Below are positions 12,045 to 24,690 of a stretch of DNA of 64,000 bases, piece after piece (positions within the stretch are counted from its first letter, which is position 1; every line of letters starts with the position of its first letter). This stretch comes from Octopus sinensis (taxonomy: Eukaryota), in the NCBI RefSeq assembly GCF_006345805.1, contig NC_043017.1:14508001-14572000 (forward strand), written 5' to 3'. The notes beneath the pieces are model-generated. The model worked only from the letters and a program-made list of their open reading frames with translations. It did not search any database and was not told where the DNA came from. A program made the translations under genes and the position numbers.

Positions 12045-12222
12045 TCTATTCTAGGCACAAGGCCTGGAATTTTTGTGGAGGGGGCCAGTCTCTTAGATAG
12101 ACCCCAGTATGCAACTGGTATTTAATTTATTGACCCCAAAAAGATGAAAGGCAAAGTCAACTTCAGTGAAATTTGAACTCAGAACATAAAGATAGACGAA
12201 ATACCTATTTCTTTACTACCCA
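12045..12222 (-). mobile_element. SINE family 2, headless, preceded by an 18-nt tail segment
   Basis: Minus strand: gtgggtagtaaagaaata|ggtatttcgtc...gagttcaaatttc...gactttgcctttcatc. Confidence 0.8.
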
Positions 12223-12334
12223 CCTATATCAGCAATGATAATAGGAATTATTATGAAGTTGCATAACATTACCTTTAATTCTTTTTATACATATACAGCT
12301 TTATATATATACATATACATATATATACACACTC

Positions 12335-12620
12335 ACACGATTGACTCTCTCATTGAAGACAACTTATGACTATTCAGCTTTTGCCAAATGAGCTGCACAA
12401 ATGATTTGCTTATAGTGATCAAATGTTCTTGCTGCATATTCGCTTGCATTACCTGAACAGGTGCACTGTGTGCCATACATCAGGTGTTGAAGTGATCACA
12501 GAGCAACGTGAGATGGAGCGTTTTGTTCAGGAAAACAATGCATTAGTAATCTAGAAAGTGAAACCACGATCTCACGAGTGTGAGTCCAAAACTCTAACCG
12601 CTATGTCATACACCCTCATT
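12335..12620 (-). mobile_element. tRNA-derived SINE family 3, degraded
   Basis: Right end gaaaccacgatctcacgagtgtgagtccaaaactctaaccgctatg is the reverse complement of a tRNA-like head, next to a CORE-like segment (gcaacgtgagatggagcgttttgttcagg). Confidence 0.55.
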
Positions 12621-13083
12621 CACACACACACACACAGAGTTTCATGAAGCCTTATCTAATAATATATATAAATGTTTTAAATATGTTTTTTTTAAGCCAA
12701 AACAATGCAGTTTATAAAAAAAAAATGAAGAATAAAGTTTGAAGGTTTGCATTCTTAACTTGAATTAAAATATTTTAGGATTAGGACTCTACTTCAGGAA
12801 ATTTACAGAGAAAAGGGGTTGAAATTTAATTTTTCTGCTCTGTAATGGTGTAAATTTCCTAAAGAAGGGGTTCTAACTCTGAAATATTAAAATATTAGGT
12901 AATGGTTCAAACCACTGGCCTTTAACTTTTATTATTAATCTTTATAACTTGCATTGTTTCAACTTTAAAAAAATACAGGTAGGCTCGAAATGTTAAAGAC
13001 ATTTTCACTTCCTGAGCGTTATTCTAATACATCTGTTTGATGTCTACACCACCTGTCTCCGTCTTTTGGTTTTTGCGAATTCT

Positions 13084-13123
<40 letters not shown>

Positions 13124-14319
13124 TATATTATGTTAAGAACGTAGTAGAGTACAGTATAAAGCTGGTCCACCTTCAGATTTCCCCCTTTGCTGTCCAGTAC
13201 TAGTATTATATGTGCTTCCAGGCTTGTGGTTGGGCTTCTGTTGTGTGTGAATAGATAACTGAAGTAATTGGAGTCAACAAGGCGGAGTAGGATTGGACAT
13301 TTATTTTTGAATCACTGCAATTGTTTCCACATTCTCCAAGTGTGCAGGTATTTGATTATGCACCTATTTCCCTGCATTATGAGATCATTTCGATTATACA
13401 CACATACATAAATATGTGTGAATGTATAGAAGCATGTGTATATTTGTCGATAATATTTATTCAAAGCTAAGTCTTTATGAGTTTCTATTTGGAGTTGCTT
13501 AAACTTGATTCTCAAGTGACTGGCAATATAATATTACATGATGTCTTGTATACACACCAAATCATGTGATTATATATATAAAACATGGTGGGAATTACTG
13601 CTTCTAAATTTGGCAGCCACATAACAATGGAAAAATATAGAGAAATATATAAAACTTTCTATGGAATAAATTCTGTAGAGGAGGCGATTTTTTTTTAAAG
13701 GAAAGCTTTTAGGAAAATTTTATGGGAAGAATTCTATGAAACCTACTTGTTAAGGTCCTTATTAAGAATGTATAAATATTTGGCGATTAGGGAATAAAGG
13801 GAGATTAAGAATTGGTTTATCCATGGTTTATTATGGAGGATATAATATGTAAATATTTTCTCTTTTCTGCATTTCATTTTGATTTTGTGTTTGGGAGTTA
13901 AGTGGTTATTTATTGTTGTTAATATTAAGTCCTCAGTTCAAATTCAGCTGGGGTCAGCTTTGCCTTTCTGAAGTGATCTTCTTAATCACACAACTTGGTT
14001 GGGGGTTCTGAAACTCTTTAGGGAGTGACTTTGCTTATATGGGGGATATGACTAATCCTTTGCCCAGTTTAGCATCACCATCTGCTCCCTTTAACAGAGT
14101 CCCCTTAGGTGCAAACATTCAGATGAGGTCCCTAGTCAAATAATAGACACTCTCTTAGAGTCATGCATGTTGCTCTTTTTTGCCGAAGTCATGTAAAAGA
14201 GATAAAAAAAACCATTTTCTTTACTCTGAAATTCTGGCTACCAACCCCTGAGACCCTAAAATTGTAAAATCTTCAGTTTTAAAGTGGAAGCCTCCCATGA
14301 AACACATGAAATTTGTCAA

Positions 14320-14535
14320 GCTGGAGCTAGAACCTGTATGTGGTAGGTTGACTTGCTAGAAATGGCAAAGAAATCTCTTTCAATACACAAAATACCATCT
14401 TTTAAAAGAGAGAATAACACATTGAATAATTTGCTTCCCAGTGGAATGTGTCAGCAAAACAAAACTAGATGGGATGGTCACGGTTGGATTGTCTTCTGAT
14501 TTGAGCTGACATTGGGCTAAGCAATGCAGCAACAA
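14320..14535 (+). mobile_element. interspersed repeat family 4 (SINE-like)
   Basis: gtatgtggtaggttgacttgctagaaat...gggatggtcacggttgga...ggctaagcaa; related text recurs at 18931, 20281, 56440, 60040 and 62980. Confidence 0.55.
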
Positions 14536-15164
14536 CTTGATGTAATAATATGCATAAAAAGTCTACCTACAAACCTAATTGGCAATTGCTTTTTAATTAA
14601 GTACAAAAGTAATTTATGCAAACCTCCCCTACATAATTAGGTAGAACCAGCTGTGGCAGATCTGAAATTCTAAAGAATCAAAAGTGTGGGGGTAGGGGTA
14701 GGGGTGGCAATGAAATACTAGGAACAGCATCAACAATAATTCTCTTTAATATTCACCCTTTCCAAGAGAACTACTATGAGGACATGCAGTATGCTAGAAA
14801 TAACAGTTAAACTTCCCTCAAATTACATTTTATTAATACTTGTACAATTTACTGACAACAATGGTTTTAAAGTACTCAATACTGGTGATAGAGCAATAGT
14901 GACATGAATCAAAAATTTAAACCGGGGGAGGCCATTTTAGAAGACTTTTTTCTGAATCATCAGAAAAATTTCTGGGGAGTCAAAAGAAGAATCTCCTGGG
15001 AATAGTATTCCTGAGTTTGCTAAGCCTTATTTCTTCTGAAGGACACAGCTATGTAGACATTCCTAACAAACGTGATGGTCATGGATGGAATGTTTGGATT
15101 TAAGCTGGGCTTGAACAACAAAGTCATCTCTTAGAGAAACATCTTAATGTGACAAAGCTGAAGA

Positions 15165-15300
15165 GGTTTTGGCTGTGCAGTTAAGAAGCTTGCTTCCCAA
15201 CCATGGGATCTTGGGTTCAGTCTCACTGCAGGACTCCTTGGACAAGTGTCCTCTACTCTAGTCCTGGATTGACCAAAGCCTTCTGAGCAGATTTAGAACA
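15165..15300 (+). mobile_element. SINE family 1, 5' half
   Basis: tggctgtgcagttaagaagcttgcttcccaaccatgggatcttgggttcagtctcactgc...ccttggacaagtgtc. Confidence 0.8.
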
Positions 15301-15329
15301 AGACCATCAAGTTCAAGAGAGGGGATAAA

Positions 15330-15460
15330 TTGATGATATCGGCCCCACTGCTCAACTGGTCCTTATTTTATTGACCTTGAAAGGATGAAAGGCAAAGTCA
15401 ACTTAGGCTGGATGTGAACTTAGAATGTAAAGATGGACAAAATACTGCAAAACATTCTGT
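15330..15460 (-). mobile_element. SINE family 2 fragment
   Basis: ttgaccttgaaaggatgaaaggcaaagtcaac...tgtgaacttagaatgtaaagatggacaaa. Confidence 0.7.
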
Positions 15461-15508
<48 letters not shown>

Positions 15509-15523
15509 ATGTATGTGTGTGTG

Positions 15524-16400
15524 TGTATGGTCTGATCAATAAGTATTTGAATTGTTGCTATAGCAATGAAGCTAAAGCATGCAGTGTAAAGCCGCTTGGC
15601 ACAAATTGACCTTGAACTCTATTGTGCATGTGTACTAAGTTTTAACATTCTAGCTTACTTCTGCTGTTTACAGGAAGGAAGGTGTGTAGCGTGTGATCAT
15701 TGCATTAACCATGACAGAGAAAGTTGTGATGGCAACACCAGCCCAGAGACCTACACAAAGTTGCAGAAAAGGTATGGAGAGAAGTGAATGAGCCACACAC
15801 AAATGTGTGAGTGGTTCAGACATTACCAAGATGGCCAAAAAAAATGTTGATATTGATGAATGTTCTCGGAGACCCACAACCAGCAGAACGGAGAACAACA
15901 TCACAGATGTACATGCAGCTGTGAAGGGAAATCATTGAATCACCATCCGTGAGTTATCAGAGGATGTGCAGATTAGTTCCGGTTCAGTTCAGTCCATTAT
16001 CACAGAAGATTTGGGTATGAGACATGTGTCTGCCAAGTTTGTGCCAAAACTGCTTTCAGCTTTCATCAAAATAACATTCGGGTTTCAGTTTCACAAGATC
16101 TCCTTGATTGAGTCGAGAATGATTAAAACTTTCTGAAAACTTGGAATAGGCCTCTGAGCAAGTATTGCTAAGCTTTTGGCAAAATTTGATGCTCATCTTC
16201 CTCTGTCATTGTCAATGTGACAGTCACATGCTACACACCTTCCTTCCAAGCACTTCTGTAAACAGCGGAAATGAGTTGGAATATTAAAACTTATTGCTAA
16301 TGCAGTGTTCAAGGGCAATCTGTGCCAAGTGGTTTCACTCTGCATGCTTTGGCTTCGTTACTGTAGCAACAGTCCGGATATTTATTGATCAGACCACGTA
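15524..16400 (+). mobile_element. mariner-derived fold-back element: 5' half of a transposase flanked by ~250-bp inverted repeats
   Basis: From ATG 15711: ETYTKLQKRYGE, MSHTQMCEWFRHYQDG...RRPTTSRTENN...TIRELSEDVQIS...EDLGMRHVSAKFVPKLL...DLLD*VEND*NFLK. The right end 16125-16400 is the reverse complement of the left end (ggtctgatcaataa...). Confidence 0.9.
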
Positions 16401-16728
16401 GTATGTCCAAATTTGGCCAAATGCGTTTTATTCTATATTTATTTTGATTGCAGCAGCCAGTTCTTTTGGTCAAACTATCTTATCTCCAGTTGCTTCACAT
16501 GAAAATTGTCAAAGTGTAGTTCAACAGTTTAGCATTTTTCAAAAGTGTTGCAAGCTCCCCCCTCCACCTATATATATATATATATCAAAATAAGCAGCCT
16601 GATTATTTTATTTCTTTATTATTTTATAATAGCCTTTATTTATTTATTTATTTATTCATAAAATAAATCTAATATTTGTACCTCTATAAATTCATACTTA
16701 GCTTATATATAACAATACTGGTATACTC

Positions 16729-17140
16729 TCTCTTTACTCTTTTACTCTTTTACTTGTTTCAGTCATTTGACTGCGGCCATGCTGGAGCATCGCCTTTAAT
16801 CGAGCAACTTGACCCCGGGACTTATTCTTTTGTAAGCCCAGTACTTATTCTATCGGTCTCTTTTGCCGAACCGCTAAGTAACGGGGACATAAACACACCA
16901 GCATCGGTTGTCAAGCAATGCTAGGGGGACAAACACAGACACACAAACACACACACACACATATATATATACATATATACAACGGGCTTCTTTCAGTTTC
17001 CGTCTACCAAATCCACTCACAAGGCTTTGGTCGGCCCGAGGCTATAGTAGAAGACACTTGCCCAAGGTGCCACGCAGTGGGACTGAACTCGGAACCATGT
17101 GGTTGGTAAACAAGCTACTTACCACACAGCCACTCCATAC
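16729..17140 (-). mobile_element. tRNA-derived SINE family 1, full length, young
   Basis: Head ggagtggctgtgtggtaagtagc...ggttccgagttcagtccc, ccttgggcaagtgtctt motif, CA-rich middle, (GAGTAAAA)n tail; possible 6-bp TSD atactc (16723-16728 and 17137-17142). Confidence 0.95.
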
Positions 17141-18930
17141 TCCTTAAGTATGTTCACTACTTAAAATAAACTGCTTAGATTATAATTAAATTAATTCACA
17201 GTTAGCATGTTCTTCTACCTCAGTACCCCTTTATTAAATACCAGTATATACCAATTGATCAATATACACTGATACCATCTGATTAATTAGTATTTAAGTT
17301 TTATAATATGTATAAATATTAAACTATTTCTGGATAATTTCTTTTCACCCCTCTATTGTGGTAAAAGTTTGGTATATATTCAATAGTATTCATAAAACAT
17401 TTTATCCTTTTATTATAATTCTTCTTCTTAATAATCATCTGAATAACCAAAAACTTCAACTTTATACGATATTGCAGTATTGCTTAAAATACTTAACTAT
17501 AGTACTACATGATAAGATTTCCCCTGTTTTCATATCAGCACCCTTGTCAGTTAACATCTTGATTTAAGTTTTCCTTTACCAAACCCCATGGTATTGCTTC
17601 AAATAAATTTTTATTTTTATGACTATATCCACTATGATTTCTGTTGACTCCCTCAGCCCTACCCCTAACAGACCCGGCCTTAAATATACAAGGATTTGAT
17701 AAAACTAGTCTATAAATAAAAACTGACCCCATATAAAAGTGACAAGCAAAATCTGTAACAAACCTTTCTTCCTGATAACTTAGATTCTAAGTGGAAGGAA
17801 GGGCAACAATGTTCTTTGTCTATCTCCTTAACTTCTTGGAGATTTTAGGCAAAATTATACTAATGTGTCCATCTGTTTTAATTTAATTAAATTCTATGTC
17901 TTTGTGCAGCTGAGGATTGCTCTGCATTTAAATTGATGTAATGGTTTCATTGTTCAATTAAATGGAGTTGTGTAAAACGATCGTACTGGATATCCTTGTT
18001 GCTTATTTTGATTCTAATCACCCTATTTTAAAATTGTATGGATAATACCGTACTAAATTCTGGTGCCTCAACTTAAGTGCCATATTCATCTGTATCTAAA
18101 TTTTTGCTGAACTTATATATATATATATATATATGTATGTATCATCATCATCTTCATTGAAGTTCATGTTCCTTGTGTGTGGTGGGTGTATTTTTGTGTA
18201 TGTCATATTTGTCCCTCCCCACTGCTTGACATCTGATGCTGGTTTGTTTACATCCTCATAACTTAATGGTCCAATTCAAAAGAGGCTGATAGAATAAATA
18301 CCAGTAAGTAGTGGGGTCAATTGGATTAAACCTTTTAAAGGTGCTACCCTTGTGTGGCCCCAGTCTAATGCCGGAAACAAGTAAAAGACAAACATCCAAT
18401 GTTCCCAACTCCTTAAATTACTAACAAACCTCTCACAACCAATATTTTTAAGTAAGTTATTGATTATTGATTTCTGATGAATCCTCCCTGCGCCCCCCCC
18501 CTCCACCAGTTAACCCAATCCATATCACTCCAGTTCATCATCATAAAACCCTCCATAACACCAATGCCAACCAATCATCTATTTTTTTAATCATGTCTGA
18601 CATATGAACAGCATGAAGAGTGAGGCTATTGGCAGCTTCATCCAATCTGTTGAGGCTTTTATTGTCTTCCTAATTAGTTTTGTATAAATTCTCATCTACA
18701 ATTAAAGCCGACCATTAATGAATGGAGCCTCATAAACACTGTGCTGATCAAACAGCAACAGAACAATTCAGAACAGAACTAACGAAGAATCTAATTAATA
18801 TCTCTGTGGTTTACCATATTGATGGCACTCAACATAAACAGACTCCAATGTTTCGTTGGGTGCCAGCTTTTCAGTAATAAACATCATCGAGAGACCAAAG
18901 TCATGGGACAAATCTACTTTAGAGAACGAA

Positions 18931-19100
18931 GGAGCCTCTACATGGTTGCTCAAATTGTTAGAAATACCAGCAGACCTGCCCTTTATTGTTGTTAGAAAAG
19001 GAAGGACATATTAAGTAATATTGTTTTAGAAGGGGTGGTCATGGTTAGACTATCTGATCATAGGTCTGCTTAATCAGAGTCAGCCTGTGGTTAATGAACA
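18931..19100 (+). mobile_element. repeat family 4 copy
   Basis: catggttgctcaaattgttagaaatacc...ggaaggacat...ggtggtcatggtt...gatcataggtctgcttaatcag. Confidence 0.5.
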
Positions 19101-19136
19101 TTAGATACAGGGGAAAATGGTAAGAGTGAGCAAAAT

Positions 19137-19198
<62 letters not shown>

Positions 19199-19399
19199 TA
19201 ATACATAGAGGTAAGGGTAGGAAGGATACACACACACACACAAGAGGGTTGTACTAAAATCAATACAAAAGTGGGTGCAGCTCTTTTTATTAACTGATAT
19301 TGGTCATTGAGTTTCCCTTAGAGGTAGAGTGACACTCTGCCCTTTTAACCATTCTTCCTGTTCTTCGTCATTTGGGGCAAACAATAGGTTCTGTCACTG

Positions 19400-19760
19400 A
19401 AGTCTCAATATAGGAGGGTTGCGGTTGTTCAGTTTTCACAGACGCCTACATATTGTTTATAAAGATGACACAAACTCATAAGAGCAATGTGCACCAATGA
19501 GGAAGGTTTAAAGAAGAAGCAACCAGCATTGAAGACAAACTATGCAGTGGGAGACAATCAACCGTGACCACTGGCTTGAATTGCCAGTGAGTGGACAAAA
19601 TGATTCAAGTAGACAGACAAGTCACAAGCCATGAACCTGCTGCCCAAGTGGGCGGTGATCACAACTGTTACCGAAGATGGTAGATTTTGGGTACAGGAAG
19701 CTGCTTGCAAAGTGGGCAGCCACTAGGAAGAAGAGAAGGATGTCGCTTGGAATGAAATAC
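19400..19760 (+). pseudogene. mariner transposase N-terminal relic
   Basis: RFKEEATSIEDKLCSGRQSTVTT...VDKMIQVDRQVT...AAQVG, then DFGYRKLLAKW (HTH region up to the WVP motif). Confidence 0.7.
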
Positions 19761-20280
19761 TTTGGGAAATTTTTGCTTTATGTTATGGAAAGTTGTGGAT
19801 ATTTGATAAAAACTAATGCAATGCGCATACCTGTACATTGTCATCATTTATGCTTTTCAAGGGGACACAAATGATGACAATGATGTATACAGGTTGTGTG
19901 TGTGTGTGTGAAAAGGTAGGTAGATATATATGTATATGACAGAACTATTACACACATATACAGACACACACAAACACACACACAAACACACACACACACA
20001 CACACATACACACACACTTACGTGTGCCTTGATGGATATTGTTATGTACAGTTTGGATATTTTAGATGTCCGAAGTGTAAACTAATCCAATATGTCGACT
20101 AATTGCATTTAGTAAATTAATAAACTGCTGATGCCCCCCCCCCTACATACACACTTGCCATCCTGGAGCAAGCAAAAAAAAAAGTGAATCAATAAATAAC
20201 AAATAAAACAATAGAAACAACTGCGACAGCAACAACAAGAATATTAGCAACATCGACAACAGCAACACTATCAGGTGTTA

Positions 20281-20510
20281 GGAACTAATGAGGGGATCCT
20301 GTATGTGGTCATTTGACCTGTGAAAAATAGCAGTTAAATCTCCTCTACATTTACTCTCCGTTACCTTAAAATGTTAAAAGAAAACATTGGATAATGTAGT
20401 CCTAGGTGTACTGTGACTAAAAAGAACAAAAATAGGATGGTCCTGGTTGGAATGATTTTGAACAGAAGTCAACTCAATAACTGTTGATCAGGAACCAATC
20501 AACAACAATT
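20281..20510 (+). mobile_element. repeat family 4 copy
   Basis: cctgtatgtggtcatttgacctg...cattggataatgtagtcctagg...ggatggtcctggttggaatg. Confidence 0.55.
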
Positions 20511-21089
20511 TCAAAATGATGGCATCTTGTCATTTTCTTTTACAATTGTTTGAAGCGGGTATCACATTCTCCTGGAGGAGAACATATTTAAGCAACCCCA
20601 ATTATAACAAGGAATTGAACATTACTCCATAATTCTATGGTTTTCTTTATTGTTTTGTTTTGTGATTTCCCTTAAATTTGTGCAGCCAAGGCATCCAAAG
20701 GACGAGGTGGTGGTGTTCAGGCAAAGAAGGAAGTCCATCACAACAATTTAACCACTTCTTCACACTTCTTCACTGCCACAGTTTCTGTTCAGCAAATTTA
20801 AATGAAAAGGCTTCAGTTGACCAGAAGCTATAACAGAAAATATTTGCCTAAAGTTCTGCTTTTTCTCAAAATTACATTGCTTTGAATTAAACGTATTAAC
20901 CACACAGACACACACACAGACACGCACAGACACACACACAGACACACACACAACCACAGACATGCACACAGCGTTTGTGTAGCTGAAATGTATGAGGAAT
21001 GTTTTATTTCTAAGAACATCCTTCCTGACTCCATGACTCCTGGATGGGTCTAGAAATGCAGCTTAATCTTGTTTCTATTGAAAGTCTGG

Positions 21090-21370
21090 CATGCCATTGG
21101 TTCCAGTTGATTCGATAAATGGACCAACTTGCTTGCGAAATTAACATGCAACTGGCTGAGTATCCCTCAGAGACATGTACTCTTAACTTAGTTCTCAGGG
21201 AGATTCAGTATGACACAGAATACCACAAAACTGGACCTTTGAAATACAGGTACAACTCATTTTTGCCAGCTGAGTGAACTGGAGCAATAAAGTAAAATAA
21301 AGTGTCTTGCTCAAGGCCACAAAGCACCACTAAGAATCGAACTCACACCCTTATGTTCATGAGCCATGTC
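21090..21370 (-). mobile_element. tRNA-derived SINE with CORE-like motif
   Basis: Minus strand: gtgagttcgattc (B box) followed by gtggccttgagcaagacactttattttac...gctccagttcactcagctggc. Confidence 0.65.
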
Positions 21371-21792
21371 CCTCCATAATCACTGAAAAACTGAGTGATA
21401 GGTTCCAAGTGCCAGGAAGATGGTAGATAGATGCCCAACACATAGCAGACAGATACCAGGCAGACACCGGATAAGTATCTGACCAAAATAGAACAAGTGA
21501 AGAACAGTGGGAATTAGTTTTCTAGAATCAGCTGAAGGCTTCAGCAAAATATTTCTGGTGGAAGTTTCTGTCCTGCATCAGTTTTGTTTGTTTGAATGAT
21601 TTAAAATACAATCGTTGTAGGAAGCACAAATGTTCTATAAAAGTGAGGGCCATCGAAAGTGTGTGTATGTGAGAGAAATAAATCCAATTAATAAACAACA
21701 ATTTCTTTTGATATGGTTTTCCCCTATTGGGTTATTTTGGCTGTCAGAGATCTACAACTAGAGTCTTTGGTCCCTAACTTCAGAGCCATATA

Positions 21793-22690
21793 TACAAGGT
21801 GGTATCAAAAAGTTTGTGGAGTAGTTCTGTAGCATGTCAACAGGTGGCAGCATGCAATTGTGTGTGCAGTGAGATCTAGCAGTGACCTTCATGAGGCAGT
21901 GGGCTGAGTGACATTGCTGTGTTTACTTTGCTAGTTTGAAATTTGTGTTTTTGTGATCCCATGTGTCTGCTGTAGTCTGCAATTTTGTTACAGACAGGAA
22001 CAAAGAGCCAAAGTGAAATTTTGTGTTAAACTTAGGAAGTTTACTTCAGAGACATTGAGCATGCTTTGGCAAGCTTACAGCAAAGAGGTAATGGGTTGTA
22101 TGCAATGTTTCAAGTGGTATGGGTGCTTCAAAAGCAGAAGCACTTCCCTGGAAGATGATGAGCAATCTGGAAGATCGGAAATGTGAGTCATCAAGGGAAA
22201 TGTGGAAAAAAAAATCATGAGCTTGTGCGTAAGGATCATTGGAGAACAATCATCAACATTGCTGATGTTGTTGATGTTGTTGGTCTGTCGTTGTGGGTCA
22301 GTGCAGGCAATCCTAATGTCCGTGAAGAATTGAATTCTTCTTGGCAACAAAGCATCTTGTCTCTGAGATCTCCTCCTCACGAGTTTCTTGCCAAAAGCAG
22401 TTTGGTATCTCTTCTGCATTGTCCCTATTCACCAGATTCAGCACCTGCAGACTTCCATCTCTTCCCCAAGATGAAAAGGCAGCTCAAAGGTCACCGTTTT
22501 AACACTTGTCGAGATCAAGAGTGAATCGCAGAAAACAACTCACAGAAAACAACTTCCAGGCCAGATGCCAAAAGTAGCAGGAAATGTGGGACCAGTGTAT
22601 TGCTGTGCAAAGGGACTATTTCGAAGGAAATGATGTTAAAAATCTAGGTAAATAAGTTATTTTTTATTAAACAACTAATCCATCTGGTGA
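21793..22690 (+). mobile_element. mariner relic, same family as 1715-2632, different internal deletion
   Basis: The 5' ~350 bp aligns with 1715-2090; translations EQRAKVKFCVKLRK...CFKWYGCFKSRSTSLEDDEQSGR and HCPYSPDSAPADFHLFPKMKRQLKGHRFN. Confidence 0.9.
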
Positions 22691-23223
22691 CTTTCACCCA
22701 CTGATCTTGGGTCAGTGAGAAAGGCAAACAAATGCTGTACTTCCAAGTTAAAAAAAAAATTAGTCCAAATTCTAAGAAAAATTCAGATAAAATTTTGAAG
22801 AATAGTAGGGAGTTGTGAGGGGTGGGGAGAAATGATAAATTTTGATAATCAAGAAATGACAGCTTTTGAGGAGTTGAACTTTATGGTTTACAACAGGGGT
22901 TTTATATTGATATAGATGGTGGGTATAGGAGTGGATTGGTGTGGAGGCTGATTGGTGGGGGTAGATAGGGGTGGACTGGCAGAATCATGAGAGCATCAGA
23001 CAAAATATTTAACTAAGGCTCTTTATTTCTTTTAAGATCATATCTTTTGGAAGGCACTGCATCTTTCATCCCTCCAGAGTCAATAAAATAAAGTACCAGT
23101 GATGTACTGGGGGCTTATACTATCAAGGTGGTTTCTTCTCACCAAAATTTTCAGGTTTTGTGCTTTTGTTAAAAATCAATTTGTGGAAGAAGCAACTTGA
23201 GAAGAGAATGTGAAAGTATTCAG

Positions 23224-23689
23224 CTTGAGAAAAAGAGAGGGAGAGAGAGGGAGAGAGAGAAAGAGAGAGAGGGAGAGAGAGAAAGAGAGAGAGGGAGAGA
23301 GAGAAAGAGAGAAAGAGAGAGAGGGAGAGAGAGAAAGAGAGAGAGGGAGAGAGAGAAAGAAGAGAGAGAGAGGGAGAGAGAGAAGAGAGAGAGGGAGAGA
23401 GAGAAAGAAAGAGAGAGAGGGAGAGAGGGAGAGAAAGAAAGAGAGAGAGGGAGAGAAAAAGAGAGATAGAGAGAGAGAGAGAAAGAAAGAGGGAGAGGGA
23501 GAGAGAGAAAGAAAGAGAGAGAGGGAGAGAGGGAGAGAAAGAAAGAGAGAGAGGGAGAGAAAAAGAGAGATAGAGAGAGAGAGAGAAAGAAAGAGGGAGA
23601 GGGAGAGAGGGAGAGAGAGAAAGAAAAGAGAGAGAGAGAAAAAGAGAGATAGAGAGAGGGAGAGAGAGAAAGATAGAGAGAGATAGAGT

Positions 23690-23746
<57 letters not shown>
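23224..23746. repeat. ~520-bp polypurine (GA)n compound array
   Basis: Almost exclusively G and A on the plus strand, with GGGAGA, GAAAGA and GATAGA variants. Confidence 0.95.
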
Positions 23747-23748
<2 letters not shown>

Positions 23749-24529
23749 GTTGGATGTTGTTTGTTTGCAGCAGAGAAGAGAATTGTCAGTGAATCAGTTG
23801 GTAATAATGAGATTTTAAGATGCCAGCTTCGATTGTGAGACTAGCTTTTGTGTGCTTGCTTCACTGGATTCGAAATTTCCACCCAACGGGTGCAGAGGTA
23901 GCCTTGCATGAAAATCAAAACTGAAACGAATTTCAAATCTTGCACTTGATTACAAGGTCAATCAACTTAGTTAAGATTGGTTTCTAACAGGAAACTGCTT
24001 GCTAATTCTTAATTCCCTAATTTGGTAATGCTGGAGGTTTTTTTTAATTAGAAGAAAGTCACTGTGAAAGTAAATTTATTCTGTACACAAAATAGAAAAT
24101 AAAATGTAAACAATAAAATTAAAAAACAAGTCACTTCTGCTAAAATATACAATGTTTGTAGAAAGAAAGTGTTTTGTCTTCTTCTGCTGCAGCAACCATT
24201 AGCAATGATTTGCATGATTGATGGTTGTGAAGGCCTGGCAGCCGAGGCAACAGCTTCTGTATATCTTTATTGATGTGAAAGATGAGCACATTTTACTCAC
24301 ATTTCTACAACACTGCCTCAATTAATCGATAGCAATTGAGGTTAGAATTTTCTAAATATTTACATGCATCCACAAACACTGTGAAAACCCTTTGCATATT
24401 TTCTCAACCAGACAATATATCTATGCAGTCAATAGAATATTTTAGAATTCACATTTTCTCTTATCTCGTCAACACAACCATCAAGGAAGTGTTACTCATA
24501 TAGAGTCGATATAATTTTCAAGACCACTC

Positions 24530-24690
24530 TCTTCTTCTTCTTCTCATTCTTCTTCTTCTTCTTCTTCTTTTTCTTCTTCTTCTCATTCTTCTTCTTCTTC
24601 TCATTCTTCTTCTTCTTCTTCTTCTTCTCATTCTTCTTCTTCTTCTTCTTCTTCTCATCTTCTTCTTCTTCTTCTTCTTCTTCTTCTTCT
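24530..24690. repeat. (TTC)n microsatellite with periodic TCA interruptions
   Basis: Directly visible. Confidence 0.95.

Noticed and set aside
17150-18110. AT-rich stretch examined as a possible Penelope ORF relic
   Set aside because: No RT or GIY-YIG motifs recognised in any frame.
20686-20800. Candidate exon after a strong polypyrimidine tract and AG (KASKGRGGGVQAKKE)
   Set aside because: No recognisable homology and no convincing donor; needs RNA-seq or tBLASTn.
23197-23686. ORFs of 90-158 aa rich in R/E/K
   Set aside because: These are translations of the (GA)n array, not genes.
24208-24215. ATTTGCAT octamer in possible enhancer-like sequence
   Set aside because: An 8-mer is expected by chance in AT-rich 64 kb.
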